DNA of 63,894 nt, filler included, from Octopus bimaculoides (lineage: Eukaryota), in NCBI RefSeq assembly GCF_001194135.2. It is 4 parts of 4 records of this genome, joined end to end, with 100 filler letters (N's around TTAATTAATTAA, not from the genome) between each part and the next. Parts side by side here need not be neighbours in the genome. Positions count along the whole stretch, not along the records: positions 1 to 31,420 come from NC_068982.1; positions 31,521 to 42,033 come from NW_026431433.1; 2 more parts are not named here. One strand, 5' to 3'. Of this stretch, positions 25,771 to 36,425 are shown one piece after another; the first letter of the stretch is position 1, and every line of letters starts with the position of its first letter. The position numbers and the translations under genes are program-made. Below the pieces are notes generated by a model. The model had not been told where the DNA came from and made no database searches. It saw only the letters and a program-made list of their open reading frames with translations.

Positions 25771-26608
25771 TGGCTGAGGACTCCACAGACCTATGTACCC
25801 TTAAAGTAGTTTCCAGAGAGATTCAGCACGATACAGAATGCAACAAGGCTGGCCATTTTAATTACAGGTATGACTCAATTTTGCTGGCAGAATGGATTGG
25901 AGCAACGTGAAACAAAGTGTCTTGCTCAAGGACACAATGCACTGCTAGAAATAAAACTCTCACCTTACAACCATGAGCTGAACCCCAACCACTAAGTCAG
26001 TTATTGTGTTACAATAAGCAGACCCATGATCTGAAGATACCTATCTCCTCTCCAAGCATGGCTGACCAATGTTAAGCATGCTTTGAGAAACTTATCCACA
26101 CTCTGATAGGTTTTATTTTAAATCCTAGTAAAAGTAAGGGATTGAAAAACCTTCAACCACCTGAGATTATCCAGGCAATAAAGAGATAAAAACTACCTCC
26201 AAAGGAGTTTAAAACAAGCAAGGAAGATAACTCTAACAAGATCAGTTGATCAAAAGTTTTGGAGAAAATAGAAAATGCAGTACAGAGTGGAATTGATCTG
26301 GTCTTTAAAGTTAGCTGGTAAAAGTAACAGATATGTTTTGGTTTTAGTTGACCTTACAAATGAATCATGTTTGACTCAGAAAGCATAAAGAGTGATCAAT
26401 ATATATTTCTTTGTCTGTTTTTTCTGTGCTAGCATGTTTACATGTTTATTTACATGTTTACATGTTTACATGTTTATTAGTGAGGCATTGTTTTGCAGCC
26501 AGATGCCTTTTCTGTCAATAACACCGTTGTTCAAGTAAACAATATCTTATTTTCATTATTTACATTATTTACATTTGACGGATGTTTGTCCTCATCTTGT
26601 TTGTTGTT

Positions 26609-26654
26609 AACACAACGTTTCGGCTGATTTACTCTCCAGCCTTCATCAGGTGTC
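26609..26654 (-). ncRNA. Predicted minimal type I hammerhead ribozyme
   Basis: GACAC-CTGATGA-A-GGCTG[gagagtaaat]CAGCC-GAAA-CG-T-T-GTGTT: intact core, ACGT palindrome. Confidence 0.72.
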
Positions 26655-26948
26655 TTGGGAAAATTTCGAACCTGGGTTCTCAATCCTAAGGTATTTTTCG
26701 ATGTTATTGTTGTTATTATTAGTGTTCAGGTCACTGCTTGGAATCAAACTTGGAATCTTGGGGTTAGTAGCCCGTGCTCTTAACCACTATGCCACATGCC
26801 CACTATGACGTAGTGGTTAAGAGCATGGGCTACTAAATTCAAGATTCCGAGTTTGATTCCAAGCAGTGACCTGAACACTAATGATAATAATAATAATAAC
26901 ATCGGAAAATGCCTGAGGAATGAGAACCCAGGTTCAAAATTTCCCCAA

Positions 26949-26994
26949 AACACCTGATGAAGGCTGGAGGTTATATCAGCCGAAATGTTGTGTT
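26949..26994 (+). ncRNA. Predicted minimal type I hammerhead ribozyme
   Basis: AACAC-CTGATGA-A-GGCTG[gaggttatat]CAGCC-GAAA-TG-T-T-GTGTT: stem I AACAC/GTGTT, stem II GGCTG/CAGCC, near-palindromic helix III. Activity untested. Confidence 0.7.
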
Positions 26995-27239
26995 AACAAC
27001 AAACAAGATGAGGACAAATATCCGTCAAATGTAAATAATGTAAATAATGCACATAATTCCTCATCTCTTAGATGTAGAACTGTATAGAGAACTGGTTTGG
27101 TTGGATGGGAGTCTGATGGTAGCAATGGAGCAGATAGAAATACAATTACACAAAACCAAGTTAATGCTGATGATACAAGATATAGTAACTGTTACTTTTT
27201 ATCTTGGCACACAGACTGACATCGCCAGATTTCTACTTA

Positions 27240-27610
27240 ATGTGCTGACACGTAAAAGGCACCATTCGAGCATTGTGCCTAACTGGCACCCATGCTAGTG
27301 ACATGTAAAAAGTACCATTCGAGTGTGACCGATGCCAGAGCCACCTGACTGGCACCTGTGCTGGTGGCACATAAAAAGCATTGTTTGAGTGTGGCCGATG
27401 CCAGTGCTGCATGGCAGGCACCCATGCCAGTGGCACGTAAAAAGCACCCACTACACTTTTGGAGTGGTTGGTGTTAGGAAGGGCATCCAGCTGTAGAAAC
27501 CTTGCCGGATCAGACTGGAGCCTGGTGCAGCCTTCTGCTTTGCCAGTCCTCTGTCAAACCGTCCAACCCATGCCAGCATGGAAAGCGGACGTTAAACAAT
27601 GATGATGATA
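27240..27610 (+). mobile_element. Repeat family D
   Basis: Core plus (GAT)n tail; internal repeated GGCACGTAAAAAGCACC-like units. Confidence 0.8.
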
Positions 27611-27691
27611 ACTGTTTTTTTTTTCATTATTATGTTATGTGATATGTTTCAAGAGATATTTTACCTCTGTAATATCTATACTGAATTTCAG

Positions 27692-27897
27692 CATGTGGTG
27701 AAGGAGAAATATGGTCAACTGAGCCAGTATGTGATAACACATGCAACAATGTTTTCGGACCTATGAATAATTCCTTATGTAAGGCACCACAGAAAGGCTG
27801 TAAATGCAAAAAGAACTTATTTAGAGACTCAACAGGCAAATGTGTTCCAAGACAAAATTGCAGTGAATTTTGTTTTGCTGATGGTTTAATAAAACAG
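27692..27897 (+). CDS. SCO-spondin-like exon: TIL domain 2
   Basis: CGEGEIWSTEPVCDNTCNN...GCKCKKNLFRDSTGKCVPRQNC; phase 1 to 0. Confidence 0.92.
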
Positions 27898-28291
27898 GTA
27901 AGTCTCGGTTAATCTACTTGGTATTTGTTTAAAGTTATCATAGCTTTCAACACATTTTCTTTTAATTTTAGCTTTCCAAATAACTGATTGATGGAAATTA
28001 AAAATTGAAAAAAAAAAACAGATTTTGATAACTTAGCTAACAATACATTTTAAGTTTACAAATATATCTTTGAAAAGAACAGATAAACTAATAAGGAAAC
28101 CCATTAGTATCTTTGTTCTGTTAAATCAACGAAGCTTTCTTTTCCAATTTTAGAATTTAACATAACCTAATTTTATAGTATCACAATGAAATATTTTGCA
28201 GTCATTTCTAAAGCTATGCAATGTGACTGATAATAAATTCTGTTGATAAATATGTGACTCAAGTTGTAACTCAATGTTATTTATTTCTCAG

Positions 28292-28396
28292 GAGAATGAA
28301 ATGTGGACTAACCCTAAAAACAACTGTTCCAAATGCGAATGCATTGGAGGCATAACAAAATGTCACCCAATTTGTAAATCACCTTCTTGTAAAAAT
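28292..28396 (+). CDS. SCO-spondin-like exon: VWC-like module
   Basis: ENEMWTNPKNNCSKCECIGGITKCHPICKSPSCKN; phase 0-0. Confidence 0.92.
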
Positions 28397-28574
28397 GTAA
28401 GTTTATAACTGATTACATAAATCTTCTTAAAACTTTTTGCAAGCACAGCTGTGGAGTTATATCTATGATGACATGGTTTTGGGTTCAATCTTTCTGCGTG
28501 GTCCTGGAGACAAGTTTCTTGTTTATCCATAACTATCTCTATATGTATGTGAGGTGTGTGTTCGTAGTATGTTT

Positions 28575-29670
28575 AGATGCCAGCATGGCCCTGTGGTAAG
28601 AAGTTTGTTTCCCAACCACATGGTTCTGGTTTCAGTCCCACTACATGAAATATTTTACAAATGTCTTCTACTATGGCCTTAGACTGACCAAAGCCACATG
28701 AGTGGATTTGGTAGGCAGAAACTGAAGGGCAGTCAGCTGGCAGAAACGTTAGCACACCTGGCGAAATGCTTAGCCATATTTCGTCTGACTTTATGTTCTG
28801 AGTTCAAATTCCGCTGAGGTCGACTTTGCCTTTCATCCTTTCAGGGTCGATAAATTAAGTACCAGTTACACACTGGGGTCGATGTAATCAACTTAACCCC
28901 TTTGTCTGTTCTTGTTTGTCCCCTCTATGTTTAGCCCCTTGTGGGCAATAAAGGAATAAGAAACTGAGAGAAGCATGGCCGCTGTCAAATGACTGAAAGA
29001 AATAAAAGAATAAAATAATGTGTGTGTGTGGGTGAGTCTCTGGGTGTGTGTGTGTGTGTGGGTGAGTCTCTGGGTGTGTGTGTTTGTGTGTGTGTGTGCA
29101 TCTTTCTGTTTGTGTTTACCCACCCACCCACTGCTTGATTATTTGTGTCAGTGTGTTTAGGTCCCTGTAACAGAGCAGTTAGGCAAAAGAAACAATAGAA
29201 TAAATACCAGAATAGGCTTAATATAAAAAAGTACTGGGGTCGATTCATTCAAGTAAAATTCTTCAAGGTAGTGCCCCAGCATGGCCACAGTTTAATGACT
29301 GAAACAAATAACAGATAAAAGAGATCTGGAGGCACAAGGCTTGAAATTTTGGGGCAGGGGTTAAGTCAATTACATCGACCCCCCCAGTACTTAATTTATC
29401 AATCCTAAAAGGATGAAAGGTGAAGTCAACCTTGGCAGAATTTGAACTCAAAACAAAGCGGTAGATGAAATACCGCTAAGCATTTCACCTGGTGTGCTAA
29501 TGATTCTTTTCTACTTTAGGCACAAGGCCCAAAATTTTGAGGGAGGGGGCCAGTCAATTAGATCGACCCCAGTGTGTAACTGGTACTTAATTTATCGACC
29601 CCGAAAGGATGAAAGGCACAGTCGACCTTGGTGGAGTTTGAACTCAGAACACAGCAGCAGACAAAATACC
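28575..29670. mobile_element. Nested SINE cluster: family A split by a plus family B copy (~28731-28965), then two minus family B copies (~29330-29665)
   Basis: Family A head at ~28580 resumes after the B insert at ~28965; tandem minus B copies follow. Confidence 0.7.
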
Positions 29671-30208
29671 ACTTTAGCTTCAAATAATTTGAAGCATGGA
29701 ACTGTGAATAGAATATAGATTACTTTTTACAGATTTTCTATAGAAACTAAAATCAACACTAAAAGTTTTGCCATTTCGTAGATAAAAAAATAGGTAATTT
29801 GCATATTTGAGGAGTTGTTACTGCAGGTGTGTTTATAGCAACAGGTGTGAGAGCAGGACTTCATAGTGGAGCACACTTAATCTGTTTAAGAAGTCAGAAA
29901 TGTTGTGAGATGAAGTGCTTCTTAGTTTTGAAGAGAAGAACCACTTTTTGAGATGCAATCATAACTATGTTAAGGATATTCTTACACTAGGAGAGATCTA
30001 ATATTTGATTCAATCACAAATGCTCTTCTATTTATTAATTTCCTTAACCTTGTATTAATTATTGTTTATACTGCTGACAGCTTTAATTATAAATTTTCTT
30101 CTAAACATTTTACTAAGGCTAATACTATAACTTGATAATTCCCAACAATAGCTATACTTTCCTTTGATACATTTAACTATTCCATAATTTCTAAGTGAAT
30201 CGTATGAA

Positions 30209-30268
30209 ATATTTTTAAGCAGTTCTCAATATTTTTAAGCAGTTCTCAATATTTTTAAGCAGTTCTCA
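30209..30268. repeat. 20-bp tandem repeat x3
   Basis: ATATTTTTAAGCAGTTCTCA repeated three times. Confidence 0.9.
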
Positions 30269-30447
30269 AAGTCTGCTATGGAATTTGTATTGTTACAATG
30301 TAAGATTAATCAACCAAAATGAGAAGACTTGTAAAGTTCATCCCTTTATTGCTGGAGATACAAGCAAGGCATCTCTTATGGAAATTATGTTCGAAATCAA
30401 TAATTAAAATATTTATTTAGTTATGTTCCATTTTTATGACATTGTAG

Positions 30448-30508
30448 GATGAAACCTTATTTTACCTGGAGACCGATCCTTGTTGTCCAGTTTGTCGAAA
30501 GAAAGAAG
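30448..30508 (+). CDS. SCO-spondin-like exon: end of VWC (CCPVC)
   Basis: DETLFYLETDPCCPVCRKKE; phase 0 to 1. Confidence 0.9.
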
Positions 30509-30602
30509 GTAAATAGAGAAATTTTATTCAAAAACTTTTGAATGCATTTTATAAATTTCACATTAGCATTTTCAAATTGTTTCTGCATTTCATTTACCAC
30601 AG

Positions 30603-30631
30603 GTGTGGTGGAGGCATTCAAGCAGGTGTGA
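30603..30631 (+). CDS. Putative terminal exon of the SCO-spondin-like gene
   Basis: accaCAG acceptor, in frame VVEAFKQV then TGA; AATAAA about 20 nt downstream (~30652). Confidence 0.55.
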
Positions 30632-31420
30632 AAATATTAACTTGCACTACAAATAAATGTTTAACTGTCTGTATGGAATACATATTATCGTTTGCTTTAG
30701 ATTAACTATGAGGATTAATGATGAGAAATAAGAGACAGATTATTTGAGATTATTACTATCACTCCAATTGTATTATCGAAGCATCTTACTCTTACTCTAG
30801 CATATTATATTGGCAAAGCTTTAAGCAATGACCCTAAGAGCCCCTACGGGTCACAAAATCATTTATTGCATTAAGTTTATGTGTCAGGTGAGTTTAGAGT
30901 TTCTTACATTATACAAAACAATCAGCTGATAGGTATTGGTCTTATTTAGATTCCATCTACTATTTAACAGATAACTTTTGGAGAGATAACTTCCATTACG
31001 GAAGCGTGAACACTCAAAAGCTGTTACTTTCACTTTTAGTTTATTTTTAGCAAGTACTGTCTACTATGTAGTGTTAACAAGCTTTATTGCACTCCCAAAA
31101 CCTGTTCACTGGCGTATCTCCAGTGGCCACAGTGCTAAATGCCACAAACTTCATTGTAGACAGTATTAGCCAGAAAATATGGCTGTCTATGAAAGCACAT
31201 CTTCAATAATATAAAAATCTTTCCTGTAATGTCAAGCTGTAGTAGTGATACCAGAGCTTTAATATAACACTGAAATCAATACAATGCTACGTTATATTCT
31301 AATCACCCAGAATTCATTGCTCTTTTTAAAAAAATTACGATTTATGCATTGTTGTCTCTCAAATATTTAAAATCTACAATTAAGAGCCCTCTCTACTCGC
31401 TGGCGGTAACCCGCCCTCCC

Positions 31421-31520
31421 NNNNNNNNNNNNNNNNNNNNNNNNNNNNNNNNNNNNNNNNNNNNTTAATTAATTAANNNNNNNNNNNNNNNNNNNNNNNN
31501 NNNNNNNNNNNNNNNNNNNN
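31421..31520. other. Artificial scaffold-joining spacer
   Basis: 44N-TTAATTAATTAA-44N; the 12-mer has stops in all six frames. Confidence 0.92.
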
Positions 31521-33127
31521 CCTAAATAAATAGCTGCAAAAGATACAACAATGAGAAATAAATGCAACAATATTAACCATAATATAAAAGATGTGTCCTG
31601 TAGGTTGTTATAAATATAACGAACTTTATCAATAGAGAAATAAAGAANNNNNNNNNNGAAATAAAGAAACATGAAAAATATAAGACATTGTTTTCTATTG
31701 ACAAAAATAACAAAGAATTTGAATTAAACGAGATTTTTAAAGAAAATTAATTGAAAATTATACTTGAGAAAATATACGGTAAACGAGGGCAGGAGATGTT
31801 TTGTGAAGGCAAAAGTATATCAGAACCACAAGAATTAACATAGACCTCCAACAGAGAAAGCATATGATCCATCCATTTCCCCTGCTCAATATTCTTGGAA
31901 GGGTTGTGGGAATAGAGTCCTCAGGCACCCCCTCCATAGGNNNNNNNNNNNNNNNNNNNNNNNNNNNNNNNNNNNNNNNNNNNNNNNNNNNNNNNNNNNN
32001 NNNNNNNNNNNNNNNNNNNNNNNNNNNNNNNNNNNNNNNNNNNNNNNNNNNNNNNNNNNNNNNNNNNNNNNNNNNNNNNNNNNNNNNNNNNNNNNNNNNN
32101 NNNNNNNNNNNNNNNNNNNNNNNNNNNNNNNNNNNNNNNNNNNNNNNNNNNNNNNNNNNNNNNNNNNNCTCCCAGATCTCTGAACTATACATCCTATTGA
32201 GTAACATTACTCCAGAGAGGAATCCCATATATCTGTCTTATTCTGGTAGATTTCAGATCTGATATTCAAAGGGTCATGAAAGTAATGTCTCTTTGTGCAA
32301 AAGAATNNNNNNNNNNNNNNNNNNNNNNNNNNNNNNNNNNNNNNNNNNNNNNNNNNNNNNNNNNNNNNNNNNNNNNNNNNNNNNNNNNNNNNNNNNNNNN
32401 NNNNNNNNNNNNNNNNNNNNNNNNNNNNNNNNNNNNNNNNNNNNNNNNNNNNNNNNNNNNNNNNNNNNGAGCCTATTCAGTTATTCTTATGTCAGTCTCA
32501 ATCAGAGATGCCACCTCCAGTTTGGCTGGACTTCTCAAGGTTCGTTTTCTGGTAAATTCCCTCAAAGGAATTCTCNNNNNNNNNNNNNNNNNNNNNNNNN
32601 NNNNNNNNNNNNNNNNNNNNNNNNNNNNNNNNNNNNNNNNNNNNNNNNNNNNNNNNNNNNNNNNNNNNNNNNNNNNNNNNNNNNNNNNNNNNNNNNNNNN
32701 NNNNNNNNNNNNNNNNNNNNNNNNNNNNNNNNNNNNNNNNNNNNNNNNNNNNNNNNTAAAGATGCTTTGTTTTAGATGTTAACTTTGGTATTTGTCCTTC
32801 ATTACAACAGCCTAACACTGGACCTAAAGAAGATGTAAACCAAATTCACTCACTTGCTTACCCTTAAACAGCATATTTTAGTTCCCTCTTNNNNNNNNNN
32901 AAATTCACTCACTTGCTTACCCTTAAACAGCATATTTTAGTTCCCTCTTCCAAAAGACAATATTAAACGCCATTTGTATTTTCTAGTTTATCCATTATTA
33001 CCAACCATGCTAACCTCAGTGGATATTTTANNNNNNNNNNAGTTTATCCATTATTACCAACCATGCTAACCTCAGTGGATATTTTATGAAATATCAGTAA
33101 TATCGTAAGTAAAATTATCATACATAT

Positions 33128-33608
33128 AGGTGCAGGAGTGGCTGTGTGGGAAGTAGCTTGCTTACCGACCACATGGTTCTGGGTTCAGTCCCACTGCGTG
33201 NNNNNNNNNNNNNNNNNNNNNNNNNNNNNNNNNNNNNNNNNNNNNNNNNNNNNNNNNNNNNNNNNNNNNNNNNNNNNNNNNNNNNNGGATTTGGAAGACG
33301 GAAACTGAAAGAAGCCCATCGTATATATGTATATGTTCGTGTGTCTGTGTTTGTCCCCCCAATTTTGCTTGACAACCGAGGCTGGTGTGTTTACGTCCCA
33401 GTAACTTAGCGGTTCAGCAAAAGAGACCGANNNNNNNNNNAGTACTAGGCTTACAAAGAATAAGTCTTGGGGTCGATTTGCACGACTAAAAGGCGGTGCC
33501 CCAGCATGGCTGCAATCCAATGACTGAAACAAGTAAAAGAGTAANNNNNNNNNNGTGCCCCAGCATGGCTGCAATCCAATGACTGAAACAAGTAAAAGAG
33601 TAAAGAGT
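33128..33608 (+). mobile_element. SINE family A (gapped)
   Basis: Same head, body and tail, interrupted by N runs. Confidence 0.8.
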
Positions 33609-33718
33609 ATAGAGATAACCTATCAATTGGAAATTAGGAATGTAACCTGTCCTCCTTCATTCTGACAAATAAAATAAATGAGGTGAAAGTAAAATATATA
33701 GAAATCAAATATACTCAC

Positions 33719-33825
33719 CCACTTGCCACCAATTACTTCCTAACCTCTTGGCCACTCTCAGAAGATCCTTCTCCTTCAGCTCTGNNNNNNNNNNAGAAGA
33801 TCCTTCTCCTTCAGCTCTGAACTCC
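33719..33825 (-). CDS. Exon encoding the N-terminal helices of a death domain
   Basis: After removing the 10N plus 25-bp overlap artefact the exon is 72 nt, tttCAG...g|GTGAGT, phase 1-1. SSELKEKDLLRVAKRLGSNWWQVG fits the death-fold L..vA..LG..W..vG pattern. Confidence 0.75.
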
Positions 33826-34049
33826 CTGAAATAAATATTTCCAACTTTTATAATTTATTGTAAAACTTATTTATCTCTATAAATATTCTGTATTTTATTA
33901 TTGTGTGACATTGTTATCATCAGTGGTTAGCTAGTGACCCCTCGGGTTTAGCTCTGTATTTTTATACTTTCCATTGTGGGACCATGTAATAGCTCAAGAT
34001 TTAGGCCCACAACAAAATAGACTAACTTTCCGAAACCTTGTTTCTCTTT

Positions 34050-35640
34050 AACAGAGACATCCTACATAATCTAACAATGTTGCAATTATTTCATTTATGA
34101 GAATGTTTTTCCTCATAGTTCTATCTCTCCAAATCTATGACATGTGATTGTCCTCTGAACGCTAGGCTTCACTAACCACCATTCATCTCATCTTCTGCTT
34201 AATTCCATATCATCCAAGGATCACAAATGCATGACACACCACTTCAAGTAGGATAAACATAATACCTGATCTCTTTGCTGTTGGTAATCTTCAATTTTAT
34301 CATCCCACATCCCAGTTCACCGGGTCATTATCTGGTGCAGGGAATATTTTAAGACTCCTTAATGAAACGGCTTTTTCAAGGTGAGCAATGATCAGTTCTC
34401 CACAGGTAAAACAGAAAGTATTATAAGGTGTCCTAAAACACTGTGCACTTACACAAAACCTCATTAAATACACGTACCTGGACATCTACACATTATTGCA
34501 GTGAAGACATCTGAAATGGTACAAAATAACTGATACTCAAAAATATATAAGAAAGACGATAATACAGATTAAACTGCAAGCGCCAAATCTTTTATTTTCC
34601 AAAATGTTTGGCATAGTCATTTCTTTTAACCCACCTTCGTTTTGTGCCATGATCTCAATGCCTTTACTCTTATTGGAAAATTAGGTAGTGTACCATCGTC
34701 GTAATGGTTTTTCAGGTTTCTTCTGCTATTTTGACCTTCACAAATGACGGGCTGCATTACTCATTTGCATTAAACCACATTCTTGGCCAAGTTACTTAGT
34801 ATACCCAGTTAATTCAGAACTATTTGCATATCCTTTTATTTATTGTTCTGCAATCCATTAATGTCTTCTCAAGTGTTTTCTCTTGAGCCATTTCTTCTGA
34901 CCAATCTGCTCATTTAAGTAACATCTCCATAACAAACACAAACCAAACGACTGATATTTTACAAACTACAGCAATTCCCGATTCNNNNNNNNNNACACAA
35001 ACCAAACGACTGATATTTTACAAACTACAGCAATTCCCGATTCAAAATGATACCAGTCTGTTGTGAAAGTTTTCCTTATGAACTGCATATTGAAATTGTT
35101 ATAGCAGCTCCTTAATCTTTTCTCATATATAAAACAAGTCCACTCCATCCATCAGCAATTTGTTTGGTAGAGAACCATAAACCAGATCCAATCATACAAC
35201 ATTCAATCCCTTTTATTCTTCTTTCACATCCTAGATTGAAAACACATGTTCCACACAGCCAGGAATGCCAGAAGATTCCAGTCTTCGAGATACTTTTAGT
35301 CCCATAGCCATTATTCTGTAGATTTGCAGGTGATCTCTTTGTGAGTAGAACCTTGTAAATCTTGCCCGCTATATTCAAGGTTGAAATTAGTCCGAACTAA
35401 TTAATCGGTATTTAATTGCTGGTTTCGATGGACATTTCAAACTGCCTATGAATGAGAATCATTGGTTTTGCTTTGGATCTTCTGCATATATCCATCCCGT
35501 TCATCTTTATTGCATTTTAGCTTTCTGTTCTCAGTATCTGCAAGCAACATTTCCTTGTATAAGTTAAAGAGGAGCGTTTAATTTTGTTGAGGACACGACA
35601 ATTTTTCTAGTGATTTTGGAGCAAAATTGTGCCCAAGGCC
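34050..35640 (-). mobile_element. Decayed HERO/R2-group non-LTR retrotransposon (RT relic), copy 1
   Basis: Frameshifted RT motifs (LNIAGKIY, GIPGCVEH-like, GIAVVCKIS); homologous along its length to 38830-40760. Confidence 0.65.
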
Positions 35641-36377
35641 CTTTATAAAGTGGTTGATGTTAGGAAAGGTACATCACCATAGAAAAGCTGGAATGTTTAA
35701 GTGAGATGTGTTCNNNNNNNNNNAAAGGTACATCACCATAGAAAAGCTGGAATGTTTAAGTGAGATGTGTTCCTCATCCAATCAAGGCAGATAGTAATTG
35801 ATAATAAGAACTGACATGGATAGTGATCATCCATCCAATCAATAGGAGCATGGAAATCAGATGATAAATGATGAGGGTCATGTTTCTTGCAGTCAGTGTC
35901 TATCTTAAAGAGAGAGAAAGGGAGAGAGAGAACGGTTGTCTCAACCACAAACCTAAGTCTTTTACATGGATAAAGACAATANNNNNNNNNNAGATGTAAT
36001 GAATAATTTATTATCAGTGAAAAAAAGGCAGGGTGTTCACATAAGGAACACATTTCATTGTAAATCTGTCGCATTATGAGAGATGTCTGCCTAAATAGCA
36101 ACAGCAGCAATAACCTGTCAGTAGTCCTCTGTTTCAAAATACAATATTAATTCTATTGTCTTTTAAATTATCCATTTTCCGAACCATGCTAACCCCGTCG
36201 GATATTTTGTGAACTTCCATTGATATCAAAATGTCTAATAGAAGTATTATACAGCTAATATTTTTTCAGATGTAAATTAGGAATGGCTCTTGTCCTCAGT
36301 CATTCTGATATACTAAAAATGCTCAGGTGAAGGTTAAATCTGAAGAAATCCATGCGGTACTGTTATTTTATACTCAC

Positions 36378-36425
36378 CAACTGGCTGTGATGTTGTCAAA
36401 ACCTCCTTCACAGAAGTTGGAGTCT
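36378..36425 (-). CDS. Micro-exon of the death-domain gene (linker)
   Basis: catttCAG acceptor, GTGAGT donor; 48 nt, phase 1-1. TPTSVKEVLTTSQPV. Confidence 0.65.

Larger units (their letters stand above)
26554..27084. mobile_element. SINE family C head-to-head inverted dimer: minus 26554-26801, plus ~26804-27084
   Basis: Both copies near-complete and both retain the hammerhead core. Confidence 0.88.

Noticed and set aside
27240-27450. Short repeated units resembling a CRISPR array
   Set aside because: Degenerate internal repeats of family D in a eukaryotic intron; no constant repeat-spacer period and no cas genes.
31750-32580. Possible LINE fragments between N gaps
   Set aside because: Short islands with no diagnostic motif that I could recognise.
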